A stretch of DNA of 62,637 nucleotides from Chloroflexota bacterium (GTDB taxonomy: Bacteria > Chloroflexota > Dehalococcoidia > SHYD01 > JACQUQ01): NCBI GenBank assembly GCA_016210175.1, contig JACQUQ010000078.1, positions 1 through 62,637 of the forward strand. The letters are read 5' to 3'. Position 1 is the stretch's first letter. Each line of letters opens with the position of its first letter. Shown one piece after another: positions 49,545 to 58,536 of the stretch. Both the position numbers and the translations under genes were made by a program. The notes beneath the pieces are model-generated. The model saw only the letters and a program-made list of their open reading frames with translations. It was not told the DNA's origin and searched no databases.

Positions 49545-50258
49545 GTGGCCGACACCATCCACCTGGCGATCGATACCTCGACGGTCTATGCGGGGCTGGC
49601 GGCCAGCCGCGCGGGGACGGTCCTCGCGGAGTACACCTGGCGGGCCGACCGCGACCACACCCGGACCCTGATGCCGGCCATCGTGCGTGTGCTGGAGTTC
49701 CACGGGTGGAAGCCGGAAGACTTGGCGGGCGTGGTGGTCGCCATCGGGCCGGGGAGCTTCAACGGGCTGCGGGTGGGGCTGTCGGTGGCCAAAGGGCTGG
49801 CCCTTGCTCTGGAGGTGCCCCTGGTGGGCGTGAGCACTCTGGCCGCGTCCGCCTACGCCCATGTGTCGGGCGGGCTGCCCGTCTGCGCCATCCAGGACGG
49901 CGGTCGGAAAGAGCTGGCCGTTGCCATCTACCAGCAGCAGGGCGAGCGCTTCGTCTGCCTGCTGGAGGAGCAGATCCTCGCCCCCGAGGCCGTCGCGCGC
50001 CAGGTTACCGGCCCGACGGTGGTGACCGGCGAGGTGCCGGACTGGGCGGCGTCCACGCTGCGGGAGCGCCTCGGCGACCAGGCCCGCTTCGTTCCTCCTA
50101 TGATAGCCGTGCGGCGGTCGGCGGCCCTGGCGGCCCTGGGGTGGCAACGGCTCGCGGCGGGCGACCACGACGATCCCGCTGCGCTGCAACCGCTCTATCT
50201 ACGGCGGCCCCCTATCACCCCGCCCAAGCACGCCGCCGGGGGACACTCACCATCCTGA
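49545..50258 (+). CDS. tsaB: t6A biosynthesis protein TsaB
   Basis: LAIDTST, GPGSFNGLRVG, LQPLYLR. Confidence 0.95.
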   Translation: MADTIHLAIDTSTVYAGLAASRAGTVLAEYTWRADRDHTRTLMPAIVRVLEFHGWKPEDLAGVVVAIGPGSFNGLRVGLSVAKGLALALEVPLVGVSTLAASAYAHVSGGLPVCAIQDGGRKELAVAIYQQQGERFVCLLEEQILAPEAVARQVTGPTVVTGEVPDWAASTLRERLGDQARFVPPMIAVRRSAALAALGWQRLAAGDHDDPAALQPLYLRRPPITPPKHAAGGHSPS

Positions 50259-50267
50259 GGAACGCCG

Positions 50268-51008
50268 GTGTACTTCATCGTGATTGGCGGCGGCTGGTAC
50301 GGCAGCCTGCACACGCGGCAACTGTGCAAGGCGGTGGCGCGGGGCAAGACCGCCTGTGACGGCATCATCGTTGTAGACCGGGACCCGGCCTGCGCCGCGG
50401 CCCAGGAGTTCGCCGGGAACGCGGTGGTGCGCCTGGTGACCGCGGACTGGCTGGCCTTCCTTGGTGCCTATTTTCCTGACGGGGACACCCACGCCGACGA
50501 CCACATCGTTCCCGCCCCCTTCGCTCCCCACCTCGCCTTTGACTGGCTGGTGACCAGCGTCCAGACCGCCTGCCCCGGCGCGACGCTCACCCGTGGGGCC
50601 TTCGACCTGGAACTGGGCCTGCCCTTCGAGAAGCTGGATGCCCAGGGCAACCGCTACCTCAGCGCGGCGGACTGGGTGTGCCCCGTGACTTGTATTGAAC
50701 CCGCAACGTGTCCGGCCATCCGGGGGCCGCGCACCTGGGAGCTGGGCGACCTCCTCGCGACGCACGCCACGCCGGAGCAGGGCTACACGGGACTGGAGCT
50801 CTTCACTTGCCGCCATGCGGTCTACGGTATTGGCACCATCCCGGCGGCGCGGCTCCTGGAGGCCCGCGCCCACGTGCTGGAGGCCCTGGCTCGCCGCCAA
50901 CCGCAGCGCATCGCCGTGGCTACGGTCTCCTCCTGCCACGGTGTGGTCGCCACGCTCCACGCCCTTCCCGCCGAGGATGCCATAGCACCGCCTGGTTGTC
51001 CTCACTGA
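50268..51008 (+). CDS. Hypothetical Rossmann-fold protein with a Cys-rich C-terminal domain
   Basis: VIGGGWYG..IVVDRD, CPVTCIEPATCP, SSCHG. Confidence 0.7.
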   Translation: MYFIVIGGGWYGSLHTRQLCKAVARGKTACDGIIVVDRDPACAAAQEFAGNAVVRLVTADWLAFLGAYFPDGDTHADDHIVPAPFAPHLAFDWLVTSVQTACPGATLTRGAFDLELGLPFEKLDAQGNRYLSAADWVCPVTCIEPATCPAIRGPRTWELGDLLATHATPEQGYTGLELFTCRHAVYGIGTIPAARLLEARAHVLEALARRQPQRIAVATVSSCHGVVATLHALPAEDAIAPPGCPH

Positions 51009-51013
51009 CCCCC

Positions 51014-52006
51014 TCAGGCCGGGGTAGCTCCGTTGGTCTCCTGGTCGTGCTGGATGAGGCGGGCCAGCACCGGCAGGCTCACGTTGCCGCCGCTCAGGAC
51101 CACCGCGATGCGCTTGCCCGGCCGCGCGATGCGCCCGGCGGCCAGGGCGGCCGCGCCCACTGCGCCCGCCCCTTCCACCAGCAGCTTGGCCCGCTCCGCC
51201 AGCAGCACCATGGCGTGGGCGATCTCGTCCTCCGTGACGGCCACCATGTCGTCCACGTAGCGCCGTATCATCCCCAGGGTGATGTGGCCGGGGCGGGAGA
51301 CCGCCACCCCATCGGCCAGGGTGGGCGTGGGCCGCACCGTCTCCAGGTGACCGCTGCGGTAGGAGCGCAGCGCCGCGGGCGCGGCCGCCGCCTGCACCCC
51401 GATCAATTCCACCTGGGGGCTCAGGGTCTTCAGCACCAGCCCGATGCCGCTGATAAGCCCGCCGCCACCGACTGGCACCACCACCACCTCCACGTCCGGC
51501 AGCTCGTCCAACACTTCCAGGGCGATGGTGCCCTGGCCGGCGATGACGTAGCGGTTATCGTAGGCGTGGATGAGGGTTTTGCCCTCGGCCCGGCTCAAGC
51601 GTTCGGCGTACTGGAAGGCTTCGTAGTAGTTCTCGCCGTGCAGGATGACCTCGGCGCCGTAGCCGCGCGTCGCCTCAAGTTTGGGAAGGGGCGCGGTACG
51701 GGGCATGACGATGGTCACGGCGATCCCGGCCGCCCGGCCGCCCAGGGCCACCCCTTGGGCATGGTTGCCCGCGCGGGCGGCCACCACGCCGCGCGCCCGC
51801 AGCTCCGGGTCCAGGTGGGCGATCACGTAGAGCGCGCCCCGCAGCTTGAAGGACCCGGTGCGCTGGAGGTTCTCCGGCTTGAACCATACCTCTGCCTCCG
51901 CCAGGCGGCTGAAGGTCTGGGAGCGCAGCAGGGGGGTATGGTAGACCGTCGTCCGCAGAGCGACCCGCGCGGCCTGGACATCGGCAATGGTGGGGGCCGT
52001 CGTCAT
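51014..52006 (-). CDS. ilvA: Threonine/serine ammonia-lyase (PLP), no C-terminal ACT domain
   Basis: ENLQRTGSFKLRGA, GNHAQG, PVGGGGLISG, LSGGN. Confidence 0.88.
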   Translation of the reverse strand: MTTAPTIADVQAARVALRTTVYHTPLLRSQTFSRLAEAEVWFKPENLQRTGSFKLRGALYVIAHLDPELRARGVVAARAGNHAQGVALGGRAAGIAVTIVMPRTAPLPKLEATRGYGAEVILHGENYYEAFQYAERLSRAEGKTLIHAYDNRYVIAGQGTIALEVLDELPDVEVVVVPVGGGGLISGIGLVLKTLSPQVELIGVQAAAAPAALRSYRSGHLETVRPTPTLADGVAVSRPGHITLGMIRRYVDDMVAVTEDEIAHAMVLLAERAKLLVEGAGAVGAAALAAGRIARPGKRIAVVLSGGNVSLPVLARLIQHDQETNGATPA

Positions 52007-52143
52007 GCTGTCCGTCGTGGGGAGAGAAAGGGGCGCGCTGCCCCGGCGCTGCCGCATAGCTCCCTCGGTTCAGGAGGCAGGAGCAGCCGGCAGAAGGCAG
52101 AGAACCGATAGGGAACTGCCTTCTGCCCTCTGCCTGGTGCCTG

Positions 52144-53505
52144 CTAGACCATCATCCCCGGCTGCATAGCTTCCAGGCGCCACCGGACCGCCTGGAGGAA
52201 GGCAAGCGCCTCCGCACCGTCCAGGATACGGTGGTCGAAGGACAGGCACAGGTTTATCATGGCTCGGATGGCGATGGCATTGTCCCGCACCACCGGGCGC
52301 TTGATGATGGCTTCCATGTTCAGGATAGCCGCCTGGCCCACCGGGACGATGGGCTGCGACAGCACCGAGCCGAAGGTGCCGGGGTTGTTGACGGTGAAGG
52401 TGGACCCCTGGACGTCGTTCAGGCTCAGGTTGCCGCGGCGCGCCCGCTCGATGAGATCGGAGCAGGCGCGCGCCAGCCCGGCGATATTCAGCTCGTCGGC
52501 ACGGCGGATCACCGGCACCAGCAGCCCATCGGGGCGGGACACGGCCACGCCGATATGGATACCCCGCTTGCGGATGATGTGGTCGTCGCCCCAGGCCGAG
52601 TTGACCATGGGGTTTTCCCGCAGGGCCTCGGCCACCGCCTTGATCACGAAGGGCAGGTAGGTCAGGTCCAGGCCGGTGCGCCGCTGGAACTCCTCTTTGG
52701 CCTGCGCCCGCACCTGCACCAGCCCGGTCACGTCCACCTCCACCATGGTCCAGGCGTGGGGGATGGTGCGCGCGCTGCGGGCCATGTGCTCGGCGATGGC
52801 CCGGCGCATGGGCGTCAGGGGGATGATCTCCTCCTCGACCGGCGCCTGGGGGGGCATGGCGACCCGCTCCGAGGCCCAGGGCTGGGGGGCGGAGGGAACC
52901 GGCGCGGTCAGTTCGATATGGGCTGCGGCCGCGGCGATCTGCTCCGGCAGCGGCGTCTGGGGCGAGGGCGGCGGCGGGGCCGTGGGCCGCTCGATCTCCT
53001 GCTGCTCCTGGAGGTAGCGCAGCAGGTCCTCCTTGGTGACCCGGCCGCCCAGGCCGGTGCCGGGCACGTCCTCCAGGTTGACGTGGTACTGCTGGGCCAG
53101 GCGCACCACCACCGGGGTGTAGCGGCGAGCGCCGGGGCCGTCCGCCGGCGGGACCACGGGGATCGCGGTCGCCATCGCGCTCACCAGGGCCGGTTCAGGC
53201 GCGCGCTGCGCCTGGGTGCTGGCGGCCCCGACCGGCTCCGGCTCCCGCCGCGGCGCGCCGACCTCCCCGGCCTCCAGGATGACCGCGATCTCGGTCCCGA
53301 CGGGCACCGTCGCGCCCTCCGGCACCGCGATACGCTGGAGGGTGCCGGCCACCGGGGAGGGCACCTCCACGTTCACCTTCTCCGTGATCACCTCGACCAG
53401 GGGCTCGTACTTCTGGATGGTCTCGCCTTCCCGCTTCAGCCAGCGGGCAATGGTCCCCTCGACCACGCTCTCGCCCAGTTGGGGCATGGTGATGCTGGTC
53501 GCCAT
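52144..53505 (-). CDS. 2-oxoacid dehydrogenase E2 dihydrolipoamide acyltransferase
   Basis: MPQLGESV..TEKVNVEVPSP lipoyl domain, GTGLGGRVTKED, FDHRILDG. Confidence 0.95.
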   Translation of the reverse strand: MATSITMPQLGESVVEGTIARWLKREGETIQKYEPLVEVITEKVNVEVPSPVAGTLQRIAVPEGATVPVGTEIAVILEAGEVGAPRREPEPVGAASTQAQRAPEPALVSAMATAIPVVPPADGPGARRYTPVVVRLAQQYHVNLEDVPGTGLGGRVTKEDLLRYLQEQQEIERPTAPPPPSPQTPLPEQIAAAAAHIELTAPVPSAPQPWASERVAMPPQAPVEEEIIPLTPMRRAIAEHMARSARTIPHAWTMVEVDVTGLVQVRAQAKEEFQRRTGLDLTYLPFVIKAVAEALRENPMVNSAWGDDHIIRKRGIHIGVAVSRPDGLLVPVIRRADELNIAGLARACSDLIERARRGNLSLNDVQGSTFTVNNPGTFGSVLSQPIVPVGQAAILNMEAIIKRPVVRDNAIAIRAMINLCLSFDHRILDGAEALAFLQAVRWRLEAMQPGMMV

Positions 53506-53617
53506 TCCCCCTCCTCCCCTCCGGAGCCATCCCTTGTCCGTGTACCGTTGTCCGTCCCCCCACCCCGGCCCGCTCTGAGGGAGGGGGGGCGGGGAGCTGA
53601 TGACTGACGACTGAGGG

Positions 53618-54601
53618 CTAATACGCCGCCAGACGGCGCAGGGCCTGCTCGATGGTATCCACGTTCGGCATGACGTGGCGCTCCAGGGGCGGGCTGAAGG
53701 GCATGGCCGGGACATCGGGGGTGGCTACCCGCAGGATCGGCCCGTCCAGGGAGTCGAAGGCTTCCTCGGCGATGAGGGCGGCCACTTCCGCCCCGGCGCC
53801 GATGCTCTTGTTGTCCTCGTAGGCGATGAGCACTTTGCCGCACCGCTGCGCCCACTCCAGGATGGTCGGTCGGTCCAGGGGCGCAATGGTCCGCAGGTCG
53901 ATGACCGCGGTGTCGATGCCGTCCTGGGCCACCCGCTCGGCGGCCTCCAGGGCGTAGTGCAGCATCAGGCCGTAGCTGAACAGCGCGATGGTCCGGCCCT
54001 GCCGCCGTACCTCGGCCCGGTCCAGAGGGACGGTGAAGCTGCCTTCGGGCACCTCGCCCTTGATGAGGCGGTAGGTGCGCTTGTGCTCCAGGAAGATCAC
54101 CGGGTCGGGGTCGGCGATAGCGGCCCGCAGCATACCCTTGGCATCGTAGGGCGTGGCCGGGGCCACCACCTTCAGGCCGGGGATGTGGCCCAGCAGCGCC
54201 TCGATGCTCTGGGAGTGGTAGAGCGCGCCGTGGACCCCGCCGCCGTAGGGCACCCGGATGACGAGCGGACAGTGGAAGTCGTTATTGGAGCGGTAGCGGA
54301 TCTTGGCCGCCTCGTTCATGATCTGGTCGAAGGCCGGGTGGATGAAGTCCGCGAACTGGATTTCGGCCACCGGCAGCAGGCCGTGCAGCGCCGCGCCGAT
54401 GGCTACCCCCACGATACCCGACTCGGCCAGGGGCGCATCGATGACCCGCTCCTCGCCGAACTCCTGCATCAGGCCCTCGGTGATGCGGAACACGCCGCCC
54501 CGCAGGCCCACGTCCTCCCCGATGACGATGATCCGGTCGTCCTGCTGCATGGCCTCGCGCAGGGTATCCCGGACCGCTTCGGCAATAGTCTTGACGGCCA
54601 T
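53618..54601 (-). CDS. 2-oxoacid (branched-chain type) dehydrogenase E1 beta
   Basis: GEDVGLRGGVFR, EIQFADF, GALYHSQS. Confidence 0.95.
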   Translation of the reverse strand: MAVKTIAEAVRDTLREAMQQDDRIIVIGEDVGLRGGVFRITEGLMQEFGEERVIDAPLAESGIVGVAIGAALHGLLPVAEIQFADFIHPAFDQIMNEAAKIRYRSNNDFHCPLVIRVPYGGGVHGALYHSQSIEALLGHIPGLKVVAPATPYDAKGMLRAAIADPDPVIFLEHKRTYRLIKGEVPEGSFTVPLDRAEVRRQGRTIALFSYGLMLHYALEAAERVAQDGIDTAVIDLRTIAPLDRPTILEWAQRCGKVLIAYEDNKSIGAGAEVAALIAEEAFDSLDGPILRVATPDVPAMPFSPPLERHVMPNVDTIEQALRRLAAY

Positions 54602-54740
54602 ACCTCCCCCCTCCTCCCTGAGGCCACCAGCGGTCAGCGTGCAGCCGTCAGCTTCCGGCCTGGGGACCACATGCTATGGGCTGCCTGGTCACGCGCAAGG
54701 GGGGTCGAGGGTCGGGGACTCCCCGCCCCCCACACCAGGG

Positions 54741-55775
54741 CTACGCCACCCGCGGCGCACCATCTCCGTAGACGTGGCGCAGGGCATCCTCCGGCCGGGG
54801 CAGGGGCGCGCGCTCCGCCGCGTCCGTGGCCTCGTCCACCTGCTGCGCGACCCGCGCGCGGATGGCCTGGTCCAGCTCCGGCGTCAGGATGCCGCCCTCC
54901 TCCAGAACGGTCTTGAAGCGCACGATGGGGTCCTTGGCCCGCCAGGCTTCCACTTCCTCCCGGCTGCGGTAGGTGCGGTCGTCGTCGTCGCTGGAGTGGG
55001 GAGTGAAGCGGTAGGTCTTGGCCTCGATGAGGGTAGGGCCGTCGCCCCGCCGGGCCCGCTCGACCGCCTCTTTCATGGCCCGGTAGACCGCCAGCACGTC
55101 GTTGCCATCCACCGCCACCCCAGGGAAGCCATAGCCTTTGGCACGGTCCGCCACGTGGTCGATCGCCATTTGCTTGTGCCGGGGGACGGAGATGGCGTAG
55201 CCGTTGTTCTCACACACGAAGATCACCGGCAGCCGGTGGATGCCCGCGAAGTTCAGCCCCTCGTGGAAGTCACCCTTGCTGGTCGCGCCGTCACCGAAGT
55301 AGGCGACCGCGACCCCCGCCTCCCGTCGGTACTTCATCGCCAGGGCCACCCCCGCGGCATGGGGGATCTGGGTCGCCACGGGGCTGGAGCCGGTGATGAT
55401 GTTCAGGCGGCGGCTTCCCCAGTGGGCCGGCATCTGGCGGCCGCCGCTGCTGGGGTCCTCGGCCCGCGCCAGCAGGCCCAGCAGGACCTCCCGCGGTGTC
55501 ATGCCCATGACCAGCACCACCCCCAGGTCCCGGTAGTAGGGTAGCACCACATCCTGGCCCCGCTGCAAAGCCCAGGCCGACCCGACCTGGCAGGCCTCGT
55601 GCCCCTGGCACGAGACCACGAAGGCCGCCTTGCCCTGACGCTGGAGGATCCACATGCGCTCGTCCAGGGCGCGGGCCAGCAGCATCGCCTCATACATGCC
55701 CAGGAGATCCTCCCGGCTCAGCCCTTGCTGGCCGGAGCGTACTGATGCTTTTGTGGGGGTACGGGTGCTCGCCAT
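54741..55775 (-). CDS. 2-oxoacid (branched-chain type) dehydrogenase E1 alpha
   Basis: GRQMPAH, FGDGATSKGDFHEGLNFA, ENNGYAIS, HSSDDD. Confidence 0.95.
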   Translation of the reverse strand: MASTRTPTKASVRSGQQGLSREDLLGMYEAMLLARALDERMWILQRQGKAAFVVSCQGHEACQVGSAWALQRGQDVVLPYYRDLGVVLVMGMTPREVLLGLLARAEDPSSGGRQMPAHWGSRRLNIITGSSPVATQIPHAAGVALAMKYRREAGVAVAYFGDGATSKGDFHEGLNFAGIHRLPVIFVCENNGYAISVPRHKQMAIDHVADRAKGYGFPGVAVDGNDVLAVYRAMKEAVERARRGDGPTLIEAKTYRFTPHSSDDDDRTYRSREEVEAWRAKDPIVRFKTVLEEGGILTPELDQAIRARVAQQVDEATDAAERAPLPRPEDALRHVYGDGAPRVA

Positions 55776-56189
55776 ATCCTCCTCCTCACCCACCGCCCTG
55801 CTGGGCGCGACCGCCCTCATGCTTTCCTGTTTCTATTGTACCTCTATCGTTCGTCTGTAGGTAATAACGAAAGAACTCCCTCTCTGTGGCGCCGTCGTCC
55901 AAGATTCTGGGCCATTCGCCATGGTCGTGGCGATGCACCGTCTCCATGGCGTGCCGAGGGCCGGGGACGGTACCCCGGCCCTCTCCGGGCGCTCGCCTGC
56001 GGTGGTACGGGCACCCAAGGCGGTCTGGAGGGCTCCCAGCGCACTGAGGCCACAACACGGCCCTAGAACACCTGGCTCACCACCCAGATGAGCACGAGCA
56101 CACTGAAGGGAACGCCCAGGAGCCATGCCAATATGTACTTCATGACCGCATCTCCTTCGCAGTAGTCCTCCAGGGTCGGGAGCGCGTGC

Positions 56190-56804
56190 TTACGCGACCC
56201 GGCGCTCTACCCTTTCCTCTCGGGTGCGGTACGCGGTAAGCGTCATCGGCTCTCCCGATGCCATCCACCCACCGATCACGCTGCCGACCAACCCCAGCAG
56301 CAGCGCCGTCACCGCGCCGAGTGCGCTGTTGCGCGCGACCACTGCGGCATTGGGGTCCACGGTCGCAGGCGGGGCGACCGCCCAGGCGGGTGTTCCGGCC
56401 AGGCCGCCAATCCACCCGCCGAAGTAGCCGCCGGCGCCCCAGGCTGCCAGGGCAAGCAGCAGCGGCACCGTCACCAGCCAGACGATAGCGCCGTGGAGCA
56501 TCGCCGGCTCGGACCGGTGGAGGCCCGCGATCCGGCCCGCAATCCATCCGCCGACCACGAACGACAAGAATGCCCCGAATACACTGAAGGCCAATACCCC
56601 CAGGCCGACACCACCCCAGTCGGTGATGCGCTGGGCCGGGCCGAGCTGGTGCGCCCCCAGCGCGATGCCGACCAGGCCGAAGACGAGAGCGGTGGCGAGC
56701 GCAGCCAGCGCTCCCACCCAAACGGCGCTCCAATTGACCGGCCATGGCTGCCAGCGTTCCGCGGGCAGCACGGTAGCCGGGAGATCACCCCGTACAGTAG
56801 TCAT
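56190..56804 (-). CDS. Hypothetical integral membrane protein
   Basis: VNWSAVWVGAL.. with about 4 hydrophobic helices. Good SD (GAGGAG). Confidence 0.8.
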   Translation of the reverse strand: MTTVRGDLPATVLPAERWQPWPVNWSAVWVGALAALATALVFGLVGIALGAHQLGPAQRITDWGGVGLGVLAFSVFGAFLSFVVGGWIAGRIAGLHRSEPAMLHGAIVWLVTVPLLLALAAWGAGGYFGGWIGGLAGTPAWAVAPPATVDPNAAVVARNSALGAVTALLLGLVGSVIGGWMASGEPMTLTAYRTREERVERRVA

Positions 56805-57003
56805 CGCAATCTACTCCTCAAGCCCATTGAATTATCATTGGTATAACAGAAATACCACATACTAAGTAAATCATTTGCTGTATGCTCTAGCGCATCTGTT
56901 CCCGTTGCGCCCATGTACAACGCCCGTGGGGGCTCCGCAACGGAGCCCCCACGTTTCGCCAGCCTGGTCGGCGTGGTGGTCTACCGGAGAGGCGCGCCTG
57001 CCG

Positions 57004-57678
57004 TTACGCGGCCTTCGACCGGCCCTCCCACTCTTCCCGCTCCGAGGCTATCTCCGGCGCTTTGGGCCGGATGCGCTCCTCTTCAACCTGGGAGCGAGCC
57101 TCCTCGTGGCGCCGCTCCGTGATCTTTCCCTGACCGAGCGTCACTTCCGCGAGGTTCTGCGCGGTGATGAGGCCCAGGTAGCGGCCCTGCTCGTCCACGA
57201 CCGGTACGGCCATACCGCCCGCGCGCGCCAAGATCTCAGCTGCCTCGCCAATGAGCGCATCGGCATGCACCGCCGCCACGTCCCGCGTCATCAGGTCGCC
57301 GACCCGCCGCTCCTGCACCCGGTAGCCGGGCTGCTCCCAGTAGGGCGTGATCTGCCAGAAGTCACAGAGTTTGCGCTCGTACTCCCGATTGAACTGGGGC
57401 GGCTGGTACGGGCTGAAGGAAGGCGCTTCTTTCAAGATATCCCGCGAGGCCTCAAGCCGCACCCGGTCCTCGCCGATGGTGATCCGATCGCAGGGGACAG
57501 CAAAAAGCTTATCTTCGATGCCCAGGGCGGACAGCACGCCGCCCGTGCCGACCAGGGCGTAGTGGACGCATCCCTCCTGGGCGTCCAGGACAACATCGCG
57601 GATATTGCCAACCCGCTGGCCCTCGCGGTCATACACATCCATACCCTTCAGCCGCTCCACGGATAGCACCGCCATCAT
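57004..57678 (-). CDS. PRC-barrel plus CBS domain protein
   Basis: LKGMDVYDREGQRVGNIRDVVLD..GGVL..FAVP (PRC), then VGDLMTRDV..PVVDEQGRYLGLIT (CBS). Confidence 0.85.
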   Translation of the reverse strand: MMAVLSVERLKGMDVYDREGQRVGNIRDVVLDAQEGCVHYALVGTGGVLSALGIEDKLFAVPCDRITIGEDRVRLEASRDILKEAPSFSPYQPPQFNREYERKLCDFWQITPYWEQPGYRVQERRVGDLMTRDVAAVHADALIGEAAEILARAGGMAVPVVDEQGRYLGLITAQNLAEVTLGQGKITERRHEEARSQVEEERIRPKAPEIASEREEWEGRSKAA

Positions 57679-57744
57679 GTCCCCCCGCATATTCGTGAGA
57701 TATCGTAGCTCAGCAACGCCGGGGCTCGGCGGCAGGTTGGGTCC

Positions 57745-57876
57745 TTATTTGAGGGCCTGTTTCCCCTTCTCGGTGACATCCTTCGCTTTTTCCTCACCAT
57801 GCTCGGTCGTCACCTTGGTCTTCTCTTTGACCTCCTCCGCCCCCTCTTTGATGGTCTGCCCGATCTTCTCGACCAT
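57745..57876 (-). CDS. Small charged 43-aa protein (LEA/stress-protein-like)
   Basis: GGAGGTG SD before ATG. MVEKIGQTIKEGAEEVKEKTK.. Confidence 0.55.
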   Translation of the reverse strand: MVEKIGQTIKEGAEEVKEKTKVTTEHGEEKAKDVTEKGKQALK

Positions 57877-58212
57877 GTCGTTCACCTCCGCCAAATAGTG
57901 TGCCAGCCGCATTATTGTAGAGCGTGCGGCCAAGAGCACAGGCTCACCGCTGCACGCAAGAGTCTCGCAATTGTATGCCAGTACCCGGGAAGACCGCGTA
58001 CCAGCGCCATGCGGAACCGGCGCGGATGACCTGCCTGGCCGCGACACACGGCAAGCACCGGGAGGAGCCACAGCCAGGTGGGAGAGCCGCGTAAGGCGCA
58101 GGTGATGGGCGGCCCGGCTGCCCGCCGGAAAAGCCGGGCATTACCGGCCCCCCGGACACAAAAAGGGAGCGGGCAGCCAGTGTAGGCTGTCCGCTCCAAG
58201 GGATAAGTGCGT

Positions 58213-58289
58213 TGGTAGCGCATGCGGGATTCGAACCCGCGATCTCCGCCTTGAGAGGGCGGTGTCCTGGGCCGCTAGACGAATGCGCC
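58213..58289 (-). tRNA. tRNA-Glu (CTC)
   Basis: GGCGCATTCGTCTAGCGGCCCAGGACACCGCCCTCTCAAGGCGGAGATCGCGGGTTCGAATCCCGCATGCGCTACCA: cloverleaf, TTCGAA loop, encoded CCA. Confidence 0.97.
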
Positions 58290-58536
58290 ACCCAAAAGTC
58301 CAGGGCCTTTGCCGGACATGGTTAGCATACCATACTTACCGGGCGGTGGGCAAGCCTTTCCGGGACAGCATCCCTACTTGGTCCGTGATTGAGACGGCCG
58401 CCCTGGGGAAGCAGCCCTCCTGGACCACCACACGGCCACGTCCAGGACCACCCAACGTCGCTCCACCCAGCATGGTAGGCCGTGGGCGGTGCCCGGAACT
58501 GCCGCGCTCCCGCCGGCACCGGCTGGGAAAGGCGCG

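Noticed and set aside
52144-55775. Missing E3 (lpdA) in the 2-oxoacid dehydrogenase cluster
   Set aside because: E3 is commonly shared and encoded elsewhere, so this is not unusual.
55860-58289. Integrative element at tRNA-Glu
   Set aside because: No integrase and no duplicated tRNA 3' end (att site) seen.
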